Source of the DNA: Octopus sinensis
Taxonomy: Eukaryota
Assembly (NCBI RefSeq): GCF_006345805.1
Contig: NC_043019.1
Span: forward strand, 11,655,360 to 11,719,359
Length of the DNA: 64,000 bases
Direction of reading: 5' to 3'
In this document: piece after piece, positions 23,045 through 35,238 of the stretch
How the letters are laid out: each line of letters opens with the position of its first letter
Numbering within the stretch: the first letter of the stretch is position 1
Notes under the pieces: generated by a model
What the model saw: the letters and a program-made list of their open reading frames with translations, nothing else
Told to the model about the DNA's origin: nothing
The model's database searches: none
Translations under genes and position numbers: made by a program

Positions 23045-23315
23045 AATACAAACGAGATGAAGTAGAGAGATGGCTTACGCTCCGACCCCACGAGCCCCAT
23101 TCTCCTACTGAAACTTTTGTATGCAGACTTATGACTTGTTCACGAGGAATCTTTCATTCCCAGCACCCTCGCAACATGCAACCATCTTTCTCTGAACATT
23201 TTCTTTGACAGGCATCTTCTTTCCAGCCTCACCTTCCTTTTAAGGGGGAAGATAAAATATCTCACCAACCCGAAACCGGAGATGAGGTTGCCTGTCGCCA
23301 AACCTTTCATTCGAC
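23045..23315 (-). mobile_element. Second Tx1/L1-clade 3' fragment
   Basis: RMKGLATGNLISGFGLVRYFIFPLKRKVRLERR aligns with RVKGIATGRFISGRGLVNYF...LERK at 22.3 kb. Confidence 0.7.
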
Positions 23316-24392
23316 TCCAGTCCTCAACTGGTACTTATTTTATCGACTCCGAAAGGATGAAAGACAAAGTCAACCCCGACGGTATTTAAACTCAGTAAAG
23401 ATAGACGAAATGCCTCAATGCATTTGTAGCGGCACAAGCAGTCAGCGCCGTATTGGACGAGATCTCGCGGCAGCCATTGCCATCTCCAAGACTGGAGCGA
23501 GACCTCACCTGCATCCATTTGCCATGCGCGAGATCACAACGAAGCTCGCGATGGAAAACTGTATATAAGGGAAAACCCGATTCAGACCTGTCTCTTTTGG
23601 TGCCACTTCACAGCAGTGCTTGCTGAAGACACACCACTGGATGGGCCTGTCTGCATGTTGTACATCCAGAGGCAATTTGCATTCACCTCATTAATGTCCG
23701 TGTCCAGCCTGCAAAGCTACCTTACTCTATGTACTGCCTTTATGGCAAATTTGATAAAATAAAGTAGTCTTCACTAGATGCCGTATGGTATATCTATGTG
23801 CATAGCAACAGAACTGTCCCAGATGTGAGAGCAGCACTCCATTGTGACCCAGCTGCATTGGCCTTTGCCTTTCACTTGGATAACATCAGTGACATGGAGA
23901 CGGGAAGCTGGTATGCATGGGCGACTGCTGGTCTTCCATAAACAACCTTGCTCAAACTTGTGCCTCGGAAAGGAACTTTTCAGGTGCAATCCCATGGTCA
24001 TTCCTGACCAGAAGGGCCTCCCCGCCTTTTTTTTTGGGGGGGGGGTTATGGTGCAAGGAAAGGAAGGTGGTAAAGATGATAGAACTTACAGTTCCTTGGA
24101 AAGCAGATATCAAAGATGCTTTCTACAGTTCAATAATTAATGCAAGTAAAAAAAAAAAAATTATAGTCTTGTGATTAATTCTCAGACATTTTCAACAACT
24201 TGAAATACAAAATAAATGTTAAGCCTTTTGTTTTTTTTTTTCATTATTTATTGATATGATGATAAAAAAAAAAAAAAAGACAAACCCAAAAAACATATTG
24301 ATAATATCATTCGTTTGAAGCTTTTCAAGGAAAGTGAGGGTTATACAGTGAATTGTGGGTTGGCAAAGCAAAATATCCATCCAAAAAATCAT

Positions 24393-24407
24393 TCATAAGC
24401 AGGTTCC
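24393..24407 (-). CDS. TTLL7: TTLL7 candidate terminal coding exon (GTCL*)
   Basis: Long pyrimidine tract plus CAG acceptor; phase 0 matches the previous exon; AATAAA at 24252-24247 downstream. No homology support. Confidence 0.4.
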   Translation of the reverse strand, partial: GTCL

Positions 24408-24889
24408 CTGAAAATAAGAAAAGAAAAAAAAATACCAAAGAAATTTTCTCAACAAACAGAACAAGATTGTCATATAGGGTGTTTTTGAGTTTTTTGGCAT
24501 CAGTTTTTTTTTTTTCCACCTTACTTTTCAGTAAGGCTTAGTGGTTAGGGTTATCAGCTAACAATTGTATGGTCATAAGTTCAATTCCCGTTGGTGAGTC
24601 GTTTTGTTGTTTGTTCCTTCTCGAGCCATACCTGGCTCATAAGGGCCAGTTTTCCCGGTTTATTTGGCATATAGGTTCCCCACCTGGACGAGACGCCGGT
24701 CCGTCGCAGGTGAGCTGCAAGATGCAGGAGGAAAGAGTGAGAGAAAGTTGTGACGAAAGAGTCAGCAGAAGCCCTATTCAATTGATGCTAACTTATGACC
24801 AAAGGTCACTTCAAATAATGTGGGCCTATGACCACATGCTCCTTAATGTTGGCCTTTGAACATTGGTCCATCCAATTAATGTAAACTTG

Positions 24890-25080
24890 TTATCGTAAAT
24901 CTGTTCAATTAATGCGGACATTTGATCAGAGGTCAGTTTTACTAATCCTAACCTTTAATCATAGCTCTATTCACCTGATCCTGACCTGTGGGTCATAAGT
25001 CTGTCCAACAAACTCTGATCTTTAGTCATAAGTCTATTTGGTTAATCTTGACCTTTGGTCATCAATCTGTTTGACTAAAA
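24890..25080. repeat. Degenerate ~35-bp tandem repeat (TGACCTTTGGTCATAAGTCT-like)
   Basis: About five diverged units seen by eye. Confidence 0.45.
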
Positions 25081-25417
25081 CTCATCATCATCATCCTTTA
25101 ACATCTGCTTTCCATGCTAGCATGGGTTGGATGATTTGACTGAGGACTGGCGAACCAGATAGCTGCGCCAGGCTCCAATCTTGATCTGGCAGAGTTTCTA
25201 CAGCTGGATGCCCTTCCTAATGCCAACCACTCCGAGAGAGTAGTGGGTGCTTTTACGTGCCTAATACTGACTGTTAATAATAAGTCTGTTCAATTACTTT
25301 TGACCCTTCACCTTAGGTCAAACTCAATGCTTTTCGGTTGCCATTGTCTTTGGAACTGGGACCCATTTAAAAGACAGCTGTCTCACACACCACCCAATAC
25401 AAACAAGTTTTACTTAC

Positions 25418-25501
25418 GTGACTTGGATAATTTGTTTCTTTAAATGTTTTCTTCATTTCAGCAGCTTCACATTCTGCCAGCATATTCAGGATTTCGTCTT
25501 C
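25418..25501 (-). CDS. TTLL7: TTLL7 coding exon 10 (EDEILNMLAECEAAEMKKTFKETNYPSH)
   Basis: TAG acceptor, GTAAGT donor, phase 0-0; resembles the EEDILDLLEQCE segment of TTLL7. Confidence 0.8.
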
Positions 25502-25659
25502 CTATGACCACGCCAAAAGCAACAAGTATAGAAATGATACCAATGTGTGTTGACTTATACGTTTTTTCATTCAATTATCGTTAATTCTGTTGTGTCTGGG
25601 GAGAGTCATTTTCTTTTTGTGCCTTACCAGTAAAATTTCCACTTATTTCTTATTTTTAT

Positions 25660-25890
25660 TCTCCTGTGACGATTTCATCTCAATAGAAGGAGAGGAGCTT
25701 TCTCCGTCCGGGTTGCGGATCCGTGGAACAAGCTGCCAGACGAGATGGTGAAGATGCCGACGACCGCTTTGTTCAAAGTCTCCCTTGACCTCAAATGGCC
25801 TGAACTCTTTACATGAACACCACCCTGTACTTAACTCCATGTCCCCCTACATGACCTTGCTATTTGCTTTTGAGCCAAATTAACTAACTA
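25660..25890 (+). mobile_element. CR1-clade LINE 3' end
   Basis: FSVRVADPWNKLPDEMV; short tandem tail; second copy at 37085-37350. Confidence 0.75.
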
Positions 25891-26091
25891 ACTAAAATTT
25901 TACCGATGTGTGTGTTACATTATAAGGCACAAAAAGAAAATGACTCTCCCCAGACACAACAGAATATGCTTCAATACACGAAGGGGTCAATAAAATAAGT
26001 ATCAGTAGATTACTGGGGTTGATGTAATCAACTTATCCCTTTTAGCCTTGTACCAAAATTTTGAACCAATATAAGGAATACAGTCTCTCAC

Positions 26092-26304
26092 CTGCCAAAG
26101 GTAACTGAAGTCGTAATGTTTCCCTTTTGTCATGGAAGATTTAATGTCGTTTTTAAACACAGAAAAGGCATAGGCCATCCACGTTGAGTACTTCTGTTGC
26201 TGCAGTTTGTCATCGGAGGGAAATATCCGGAAAAAACCACCGCAATTTTCATTTTCATAGATTTCTTGGGAAGCATTGGTTTGCAATCGGTTCAACAAAT
26301 TTTT
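26092..26304 (-). CDS. TTLL7: TTLL7 coding exon 9 (KNLLNRLQ...ENENCGGFFRIFP...YLWQ)
   Basis: AG/GTGAG boundaries, 213 nt, phase 0-0; matches the post-cMTBD E..N.G.YRRIYP motif. Confidence 0.9.
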
Positions 26305-26429
26305 CTAAGAAAGCAGAAAGGCAAAAACTTAAGAAGACAAAAAAATAAATGAAAAGACAAATAAAAAGCATGGCTGTGTCGTATGTGGTTCAGGCTCATC
26401 ACATGGCACCTTAGGCAAATATCTTCTGC

Positions 26430-26700
26430 TATTTTTCACGCTGAGAGTTGCTGAAACATGGAACAAACTGCCGGCATCAGTTGTTAGTTGTCAGAGCACT
26501 GCATCCTTCAAAACTTCCATGCTTCCTGAGATTCGCCAACACTACACCTGATTTTTTCCCCTCCATACACATGCAAGCATGTATCTGACTCATACATTGT
26601 TCGCTTTCCAGACATTTGTACATTACTGCATATACTTTATACGCACTTTCTGACAAGTTGTGGTGCACCTGAGCACTGTATACAATAATTTCATTATATT
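26430..26700 (+). mobile_element. CR1-clade LINE 3' end (second subfamily)
   Basis: FFTLRVAETWNKLPASVV. Confidence 0.7.
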
Positions 26701-26767
26701 ATATTATATGTGTATATATACATACATATATAAATATATATATACATACATATATATATATATAAAT

Positions 26768-26958
26768 TCTTCTTTTTATTTGTTTCAGTCATTTGACTGC
26801 AGACATGCTGGAGCACTGCCTTTAGTTGAGCAAATCAACCCCAGGACTGATTCTTTGTAAGCCTAGTACTTATTCTATTGGTCTCTTTCGCCAAACCGCT
26901 AGGTTACAGGGATGTAAACACACCACCATCGGTTGTCTAGCAATGTTGGGGGGGACAA

Positions 26959-26992
<34 letters not shown>

Positions 26993-27145
26993 GACGGGCT
27001 TCTTTCAGTTTCCATCTACCAAATCCACTCACAAGGCTTTGGTTGGCCCAAGGCTATAGTAGAAGACACTTGCCCAAGGTGCCACGCAGTAGGACTGAAC
27101 CCGGAACCATGTGGTTGGTAAGCAAGCTACTTACCACACACCCAC
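26768..27145 (-). mobile_element. tRNA-derived SINE, family A
   Basis: Reverse complement of the family A pattern. Confidence 0.8.
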
Positions 27146-27504
27146 TGCAATATTAGCACCAAGCAGTGTTTAGACATAAGCAAAGTTTAGGTTAGTTAAA
27201 ATATGTTTGTGACATATTTCAACTGGTAAAAGGAAAATTTATGCAGCTCCTGTCAAACCATCCTACCCATGGAAATCAGATGTTAAATGATGATGATCAT
27301 GATGATATATACATACATACACACACACATATATATAAGTTACAAGGATGGAAACACACCAACACTGGTTGCTAAGCAGTGGTGGGGAACAAACACAGAC
27401 ACAAAGACACACCCCACTCACAAGCACACACATATATGTATGTATGTGTCTATATATATATGTGTGTGTATATATATGTGTATGTATGTATGTATGTATG
27501 TATG

Positions 27505-27554
<50 letters not shown>

Positions 27555-27859
27555 CATAGATTCAGATGAATATGGTACTTAATTTGAGGCACCAGAATTT
27601 GGTACGGTTTTATCCATACAATTTCAAAGTAAGGTGATTAAAATCAAAATAAGCAACAATATCACTGGATATCCTTGTTGCTTATTTTGATATATATATA
27701 TATATCTCAAAATAAGCAACAAGGATATCCAGTGACGCCCGTGACTATAATATTTACACATAACTCTCTTTTACTCTGTGTATTTAGAAACACTATATAC
27801 CACTAGTACAGTCCCTTGTACTGCTTTGAAGCTAAAAGACCAATATTCATAATACGTAC

Positions 27860-28007
27860 CAATTCCATTTTTCTCTTTGTTGCTACTAGTTTACTCTGAC
27901 TAACTTTTCCATTTATATCAAACTTGGGGTTCCTTCCAACTTTACTAAACAGTCTTTTCTGGGCTTCCGCTTTCTGGGCGGCAAGGGTTCTGGTTTTGTC
28001 ACTGCTC
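27860..28007 (-). CDS. TTLL7: TTLL7 coding exon 8 (SSDKTRTLAAQKAEAQKRLF...KRKMEL; cationic microtubule-binding domain)
   Basis: CAG acceptor, GTACGT donor, phase 2-0; QKAEAQ.RL motif. Confidence 0.92.
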
Positions 28008-28042
28008 CTGCAAACAGAACAAATCACAAAGAAGCAAGTCTG

Positions 28043-28105
<63 letters not shown>

Positions 28106-28216
28106 TACATATATATAGTTAATCCAAACAAGAAAGCACAAAAAAAACACAACAACGCGAGGACGTGGAACAAATATAGTATTATTGGACACTCAGGAAA
28201 GAAGGAAAGAAGGAGG

Positions 28217-28251
28217 GTTTAACATTTCGAGTGGAGCTCTTCGTCGGAAAC
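28217..28251 (-). ncRNA. Minimal type I hammerhead-like motif, core CCGACGA
   Basis: GUUU-CCGACGA-A-GAG cucca CUC-GAAA-UGUU-AAAC; stems I and II pair. Activity untested. Confidence 0.55.
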
Positions 28252-28430
28252 ATAGGAGAAGGAAAGATCCAGAGAGGGGAAGACAGAGGAAAAAAAATCG
28301 CCAACGGTACACACGAGGTCACATTTTGAATATATATATAGGGAGAGTTTACGGAAAAAACAAAAGACGAAGACAGGTGGTGTACAAAACAAACAGATGT
28401 ATTAGTATAATGCTCAGGAATAGAAAAAGT

Positions 28431-28466
28431 CTTTTACGTTTCGAGCCTATGCTCTTCTACAGAAAG
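28431..28466 (-). ncRNA. Minimal type I hammerhead-like motif, core CUGUAGA
   Basis: CUUU-CUGUAGA-A-GAGC auag GCUC-GAAAC-GUA-AAAG; stems I and II pair, ACGU palindromic helix III. Activity untested. Confidence 0.6.
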
Positions 28467-28517
28467 GGATACAGAAAAAACAAGGAGAGAAAAAAATGTG
28501 TGTAGTGGCTAACGATC

Positions 28518-28548
<31 letters not shown>

Positions 28549-28916
28549 ACATTGTATATATTGGTATGGTAGTATCCATATAATTCAAAATGGGGTGATT
28601 GTAATCAAAATAAGCAACAAAGATATCCAGAGGGTAATTTTTACTTTGTACTTTGTGTAAACTGGCATTGCAAACAAAGTTGGTATAGAGACTATTGTAA
28701 ATAATCATTAAGGAAGTATTAAAGTCTTTGTTTGTCTAATTATTTGGATCATAGGCGTGGCTGTGTGGAAAGAAGCTTGCTTCCCAACCACATGGTTCCA
28801 GGTTCAGTCCCTTTGCATGACACCTTGGGCAAGTGTCTTCAACTGTAGCCTCAGGCTGACTAAAGCTTTGTGAGCAGATTTGGAAGGCGGAAACAGAAAG
28901 AAGCCCACTGTGTATA

Positions 28917-28962
<46 letters not shown>

Positions 28963-29204
28963 GGGTGCAATTGGTATATATATCATCATCATCATTTAAC
29001 GTCCGCTTTCCATGCTAGCATGGGTTGGACGGTTCAACTGGGGTCTGGGAAGCCAGAAGGCTGCACCAGGCCCAGTCTGATCTGGCAGTGTTTCTACAGC
29101 TGGATGCCCTTCCTAACGCCAACCACTCCATGAGTGTAGTATATATATAAAACCATTGCACCCATTGCATTATATATATTATATATATATATATATATAT
29201 AATG

Positions 29205-29252
<48 letters not shown>

Positions 29253-30412
29253 CACACACACACACACACACATATATAATTGACAAGATGAGGGATGTGT
29301 GCCCATATTTGTATATATATAAGCACATGTAAGTGTGTGAGTGTATGTATGCATGTATGTATGCTTGAACATATGTACAGGTGTGTGTATGTGAATATAT
29401 ATATATATGTGTGTGTGTGAGTGTTTGTGTGTGTATTGGTGTAGGCAGCCACCAAGTCTTAAGACAGGAATCACACCACCACCAAGATTCTTGACCACAC
29501 CGTTGCCCTTGACTGCCACAGCCAGCCAACATGCGCCTCCACATGGTATAGGGGTTCAATCCAACATCATAAACACCTCACCATTTACATTACATTTTTT
29601 TTGTATTTTTACCATTTTTTTAGCAAACACTTCTTGACCAAAACTATTACCCTCACCCCCCATTTACTTTAAATTTTTTATTTTCCTTACTTTTTTATCA
29701 ACCACTTCTTGACCACAACTTCCTCACATCGCCAAAATGTGTCTGAACTGCTAGCATCTCACCACCAGCATATAATCTTGGAGTGAAAACAAGATGCAAA
29801 TCTTATAACTTTTGAAGCATGTTACGTCACCTGATGAAGCTCTTTGCACTGTGCATTGCATCTGATGTCATTACATCATCCCACACCCACTAGGAAGCAG
29901 TGCAGAATGAAGCTGAAATGATTGTTGTGCTAATAAAACTTCTAGATACCCTCCATCTTTTGTATCAACCACTTAAAATATACCCAACCTGGATCTAGGA
30001 ATTCTAGATGTAGATCCAGCGACGAATGCACAGTAACATTGATGACACCTGGTAGCCGTAAGTGGTGAATTTGCTTTGCAGGCACACTACCTGGGACTTA
30101 CCTGAAACAAGGTTTGGTTACTGCATTTAATGCCTCCTTTCTAAATCTTAATGGACTGTTGAACTCTGCACATTTTTTTTCTCTCTCTGTTTATAAATAT
30201 ATATATATATAGCACCCACTGCACTCTCAGAGTGGTTGGTGTTATGAAGGGCATCCAGCTGTAGAAACTCTGCCAGATCAAGACTGGAGCCTGATGTAGC
30301 CATCTGGTTCGCCAGTCCTCAGTTAAATCGTCCAACCCATGCTAGCATGGAAAGCGGACGTTAAACGATGATGATGATATGTATATATATATATATATGT
30401 ATGTATGTATGT

Positions 30413-30720
30413 GGAGGCGCAATGACCTAGTGGTTAGGGCAGCAGACTCGCGGTCGTAGAATCGCGGTTTCGATTCCCAGACTGGGCGTTGTGAGTGTTT
30501 ATTGAGCGAAAACACCTAAAGCTCCACGAGGCTCCGGCAGGGGGTGGTGGTGATCCCTGCTGTACTCTTTCGCCACAACTTTCCCTCACTCTTTCTTCTG
30601 TTGGCCTGCTCGCTTAGCCAGCGGGGTGGCGTCATTTGAAGGCTAAAACAATGCGAAGCGCATTGTGACCAGCGATGTGTAACAACATCTGACAGCCTGG
30701 TTGGTCACGGTGATCACGGT
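30413..30720 (+). mobile_element. tRNA-derived SINE, family B
   Basis: A box TGACCTAGTGG, B box GGTTTCGATTCC; related copy at ~62450-62770. Confidence 0.75.
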
Positions 30721-30957
30721 GATGTATGTATGTATGTATGTGTGCCTTTGTGTCTGTGTTTGTCCCCTTACCACTGCTTGACAACTGGTATTGGTGTGTT
30801 AATGTCCCTGTAAAAGGAACTGGTAGTCTAAGTACTAGGCTTTAAAAAAAGTCCTGGGGGTCGATCTGCACAATTAAAAAAAAAGCTCTACAAGGCAGTG
30901 CCCCAGTATGGCCACGGTCAAATGACTGAAAGAAGTGAAAAAAAAAAAAATACTTAC

Positions 30958-31052
30958 TTGATATGTAGAAGTGTTATTGTGTCTTCTAACAGTCTTGACT
31001 TCACATCAAGATCAATGTTTTGGTCTGTGTTTAGACTTGGAGATCTGTTCAC
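30958..31052 (-). CDS. TTLL7: TTLL7 coding exon 7 (VNRSPSLNTDQNIDLDVKSRLLEDTITLLHIK)
   Basis: TAG/GTAAGT boundaries, phase 0-2; LEVNRSPS with Arg is TTLL7-type. Confidence 0.92.
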
Positions 31053-31382
31053 CTACAAAATGGCAAGACACTCATCAAAACTAGGAATTGGTTTGTTCTT
31101 ATGTGTGTATGTGTGCATGTATGTATGTATGTATGTATGTATGTATGTATGTATGTATGTATGTATGTATGTGTGTGTGTGTATGTATGTATGCATGTAT
31201 GTATGTATGTATGTATGTGTGTGTGTGTGTATGTATGTATGTTTGTATGTATGTATGTATGTATGTATGTATGTATGTATGTATGTATGCATGCATGTAT
31301 GTATGTATGTATGTTTGTATGTATGTATGTATGTATGTATGTATGCATGCATGTATGCGTGCGTGTGTGTATGTATGTATGT

Positions 31383-31546
31383 ATAGGTGCAGGTGTAGCT
31401 GTGTGGTAAGAAGCTTGCTTCCCAGCCACATGGTTTGGGTTCAATCCTACTGTGTGGTACTTTAGGTAAGTGTCTTCTACTATAACCTTGGACCGACCAA
31501 AACCTTGTGAGTGAGTTTGGTAGTCAGAAACTGAAAGGAGTTTGTC

Positions 31547-31591
<45 letters not shown>

Positions 31592-31686
31592 ATAATATAT
31601 ATATATATGTATGTATGTATATATGTATGTATATATGTATGTATATATGTATGTATATATGTATATATATATATATATATATATAC

Positions 31687-31732
<46 letters not shown>

Positions 31733-31990
31733 ATATATATATATTATATATATATATAATATATATGTAAGTATATATCTGTGTGTCTCTTTGACCCTCC
31801 CATCACTGCTTAACAATTGGTGTTGGTGTGTTTATATCCCCATAACTTAGCAGTTTGGCAAATGTGACCAATAGAATAAGTACCAGGCTTAAAAAAATAA
31901 GAACTGGGTTCAATTCATTCAAATAAAAATTCAAGGCTGTACCCCAGCATGGCCTCAGTCTAATGACTGAAACAAGTAAAAAAATAAAAG
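31383..31990 (+). mobile_element. tRNA-derived SINE, family A, with expanded internal (TA)n
   Basis: Head and tail match the family; ~250 bp TA-rich insert. Confidence 0.75.
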
Positions 31991-32229
31991 ATAAAAGATA
32001 AAAGATATCAAAGAAATGCTGAAGATGTTGCAGCCCCAGTGCATGTCTGCACATCATTAGCCATGGAACGCCCAGTCCTCCACTCAGCAGCTGCTGACAA
32101 CAGATGGACCATTTGACAAGCAGAACATGTCCCTTCCATGGAGGGGACATGTAACACAATAAACAATTAACAACTTTTGGAGACAAAAATTAAAGGAACA
32201 AACTTATAAGGGAAAAAGGCATGCCTGCT

Positions 32230-34270
32230 GCTAAACTAAGATACCAGGAAACCCAAAAATGGCAGAAATTCAAAAGATAGTGCTCATGGGAACTGCTCAT
32301 ATCCTACGCAAAATACTTTCTATGTAATCTCAGGGTTTAAAACAAACATAATTTTCGTTTTTTTTTTTTTCCTTTTTGGACATTCACAAGTAAAACACCA
32401 AAAAAAAAAAAACCAAATATATGGCACACTAGGCATAACAACAACATGAACTTCCAACCTGTTGTCTCTTGAGGTCTCTGGGTGAGACTTGGAGCCAACT
32501 TGTACAAATATAAAGCAAAAGTCAAACAGAATAATAATAATAAAATTATTAACATTGAGCCCTCTGTGGCAGATGTAGAGACGGTTGTTGTCTCTGCTAC
32601 TATTCTCAACTCTGTTACAATTACTTTAACCTTGCCATTACAGCATTGTTCATCATCAGTTAACCACCAATAGTGCCTTTTAATGTGGCACAAATATGTC
32701 TTACAACACAAAAAGGAGAACAACAATAGTACACCAGATCACTTGTCCTATGGTTAATCTGGAAGTGCATCCCCCAGGAGAGATCCAGCCTGGGGTTAAA
32801 AAGTCATCCACAGACACAGACTCTTCTCTGAATGCAAGCCTGGATGGACACTTGAATGGGAACTGCCCCAACTCGAGCCCTCCAAGTCCACTACCACACC
32901 CACCACAGAAAGAAAAATGTAAGAGGATCAAATGGTACTGAGAAGAGTATACAGAAGTAATACACGCCTATTCCTATGCATTAAGCAGGCCATCTGAAGA
33001 GAAACACATCACACACACTTATCAAATATGGAGAACACGAAATCAAGACAACAGATTATATTTGGATGAAAACAAGTTAGCAAATGTAGGGAGGGATATC
33101 TTCAGAAATAAAAGATTTACAGATAGTGAAATAACTGTGATCAAGCATGTAGCAGAAAATGACCTAAATATAAGACAGAATGGAAATGAAGAACCAGACG
33201 AAGAGAGCAACTCTCCACGAGTCTCAATTGAAAGAATGTCATCTGACCAGAACACACAAACGTCTGAAGAAATAAATTGTAATGAACCTGGTAAAGATAG
33301 CAAGGAAAGTGGTAAAGAAACAATATTTGAAGACTACACATTTACTGAAGAACAGAGTCTATGATAGAAGAACAGAGTCTATGATAGAAATGAAGCAGAA
33401 AATCTTGAATAAGCTTGCAGTTGTAAGACACGCCAATATGCATGATAGAAAATCACCTCATAAATTTTCAAATACAATCCAAAATAGAAAACAGATTAAA
33501 ATTGGAAACTATGTAACAAAAGAAATCATACAAGAACTAAAACCAAGTCTCACCGAATTAAATGAAATTATTTATGCGGCTGAGACAGTTGAAACCAGTT
33601 GTATGTCTCTGGAAAAAAAAAGAAAAACAAACCTGAAAAGAATTCCAAACAGGAAAAAGTAAAACTGAAAAAGAGATTGAAATAATGAGAGGTGAAAAAT
33701 CAATATTGAAAGGACTAATGTGTGGAAACGATGTAAAATCCAGGAAAGGAAGAATGATGAAGAGAAAACATAGATTTTCACCAAGAGAAGAACTGCTTTC
33801 AGTGAAAGAAACACTGCAACAAAAAGTCCAATCAAAATAATAATAATAATAATAATGATTTCATTTATTTGCCACCAGGGTGAAGGATGATGGGGACAAT
33901 ATAAAAACAGAAATAAAGTGTGGGGGCTTACATATAATGAAATGATGAAAAAAAAGGAGAAATACAGATTGCTAAAAGATGAAATTGTGAGAATGTTGGC
34001 AATGAGGAGAGGAACTGTTATCCCAGGAGTTGTAGGGGGCACTCAAAGCATTAACAACCAGGTTCGAGGAATATGTCGGAGAAATTGGAATTGACATGAG
34101 GAAAGAATTTACACACACCCCTGCAATATAGATGTGTAGCAGGTGATGCAGCAGAAATTTGCCTGAAACTACCAAATGTTGAACAATGGTAATAATTATA
34201 ACAAGAGCACTCAGAGAGTGCAAACCTCCACCAAGGCAACACCAATGTCCTCTCAATGATTAGCCAGAGA
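32230..34270 (+). mobile_element. R4/Dong-type LINE relics (3' end, then N-terminal region and a deleted C-terminal piece)
   Basis: EIQKIVLMGTAHILRKIL; RIKW..EEYTEVIHAY...QIWR...ENKLANV.RDI; TVIPGVVGG; multiple stops and frameshifts. Confidence 0.65.
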
Positions 34271-34615
34271 TGAATTTTAAAATGATGAGAATATCTGAAA
34301 TAAACTTGACTGCTCTCACAAACGAGAATACTAAAATGAACCCAACTACTCTCAAAATTTAAGTAAAAAAAAACAGGAAAAATAATCCAGAATCCTTGTC
34401 CAGTGCCAGATTGATCCCAAAATCTGATAAGTTTGTGCCAGTCACGCGGCCAAACATCCTTGAAAGTTTCATCTGAATCCATTCAGTGGTTCTTGAGTTA
34501 TTTTGTCCACGGACAAACCAACAAAAAAAACAAACAAATAATACTGAAAACGATACCTCCGCCTTTGCTAAGGCGGAGGTAATAATAGTAATGGTGAGGT
34601 TGAAATAGTACATAC

Positions 34616-34939
34616 TTCCAGTAACCATGGTTTCAGATTTGAGTCAACAAGTACATCAAAACCGAGTATCTCAAAGCAAACACTGGCACTGCCCGGCTGA
34701 GCGCCAGGCCGGCAGTTACGATACGCATGCAACAGGTGTGGTTCAGCCATGATCATCGTTTTTGCAATTAGGTCGTAGATTTGTTGCCACAACTGAGTAA
34801 CATCGTAGTCATTCTGGCGGAGGTACTGGTTCAGATACTTGAAAGATCGTTTGATGCCATCCTTGGGAGATGTTGACTTCTCATAGGAGTTATTGCGCTT
34901 ATTAATCGAGTAATTTGTTAGGTGCATAAACAAGTTCTC
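34616..34939 (-). CDS. TTLL7: TTLL7 coding exon 6 (HLTNYSINK...KRS...CFEILGFDVLVDSNLKPWLLE)
   Basis: Core TTL-domain motifs; CAG/GTATGT boundaries; 324 nt, phase 0-0. Confidence 0.95.
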
Positions 34940-34971
34940 CTGAAAGAAACAAAAAAAACAAACAATATATA

Positions 34972-35190
34972 TCTATTATATAAAATCTGTTCTGTCCGTC
35001 TGTCTGTGTGTCTTCTAGGATCTTGGGCATCCTCCATCTGATTGCACTCAAATTTGATAAGTAGATACTGATGGTATCGGAGTGTGTATAAGTCTTGAAA
35101 ATGCACCTGTTTGAGTGCAATCGGATGGAGGATGCCCGAGGTCCTAGAAGACACACACACAGACAGACAGAACGGATTTTATATAATATA
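34972..35190. mobile_element. Foldback/MITE-like element with ~80-bp inverted arms
   Basis: 34974-35052 is approximately the reverse complement of 35110-35188. Confidence 0.8.
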
Positions 35191-35238
35191 TATATATATA
35201 TATATATATTCTCTATATTTTTGCTCCATCTATACCGG

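Noticed and set aside
30095-30112. Perfect minus-strand donor CAG|GTAAGT suggesting an extra TTLL7 exon
   Set aside because: No convincing upstream acceptor, and exons 7 and 8 already join in frame with continuous homology.
30413-30490. tRNA gene
   Set aside because: A and B boxes are present, but there is no closing acceptor stem and it continues into a SINE body repeated at 62.45 kb.
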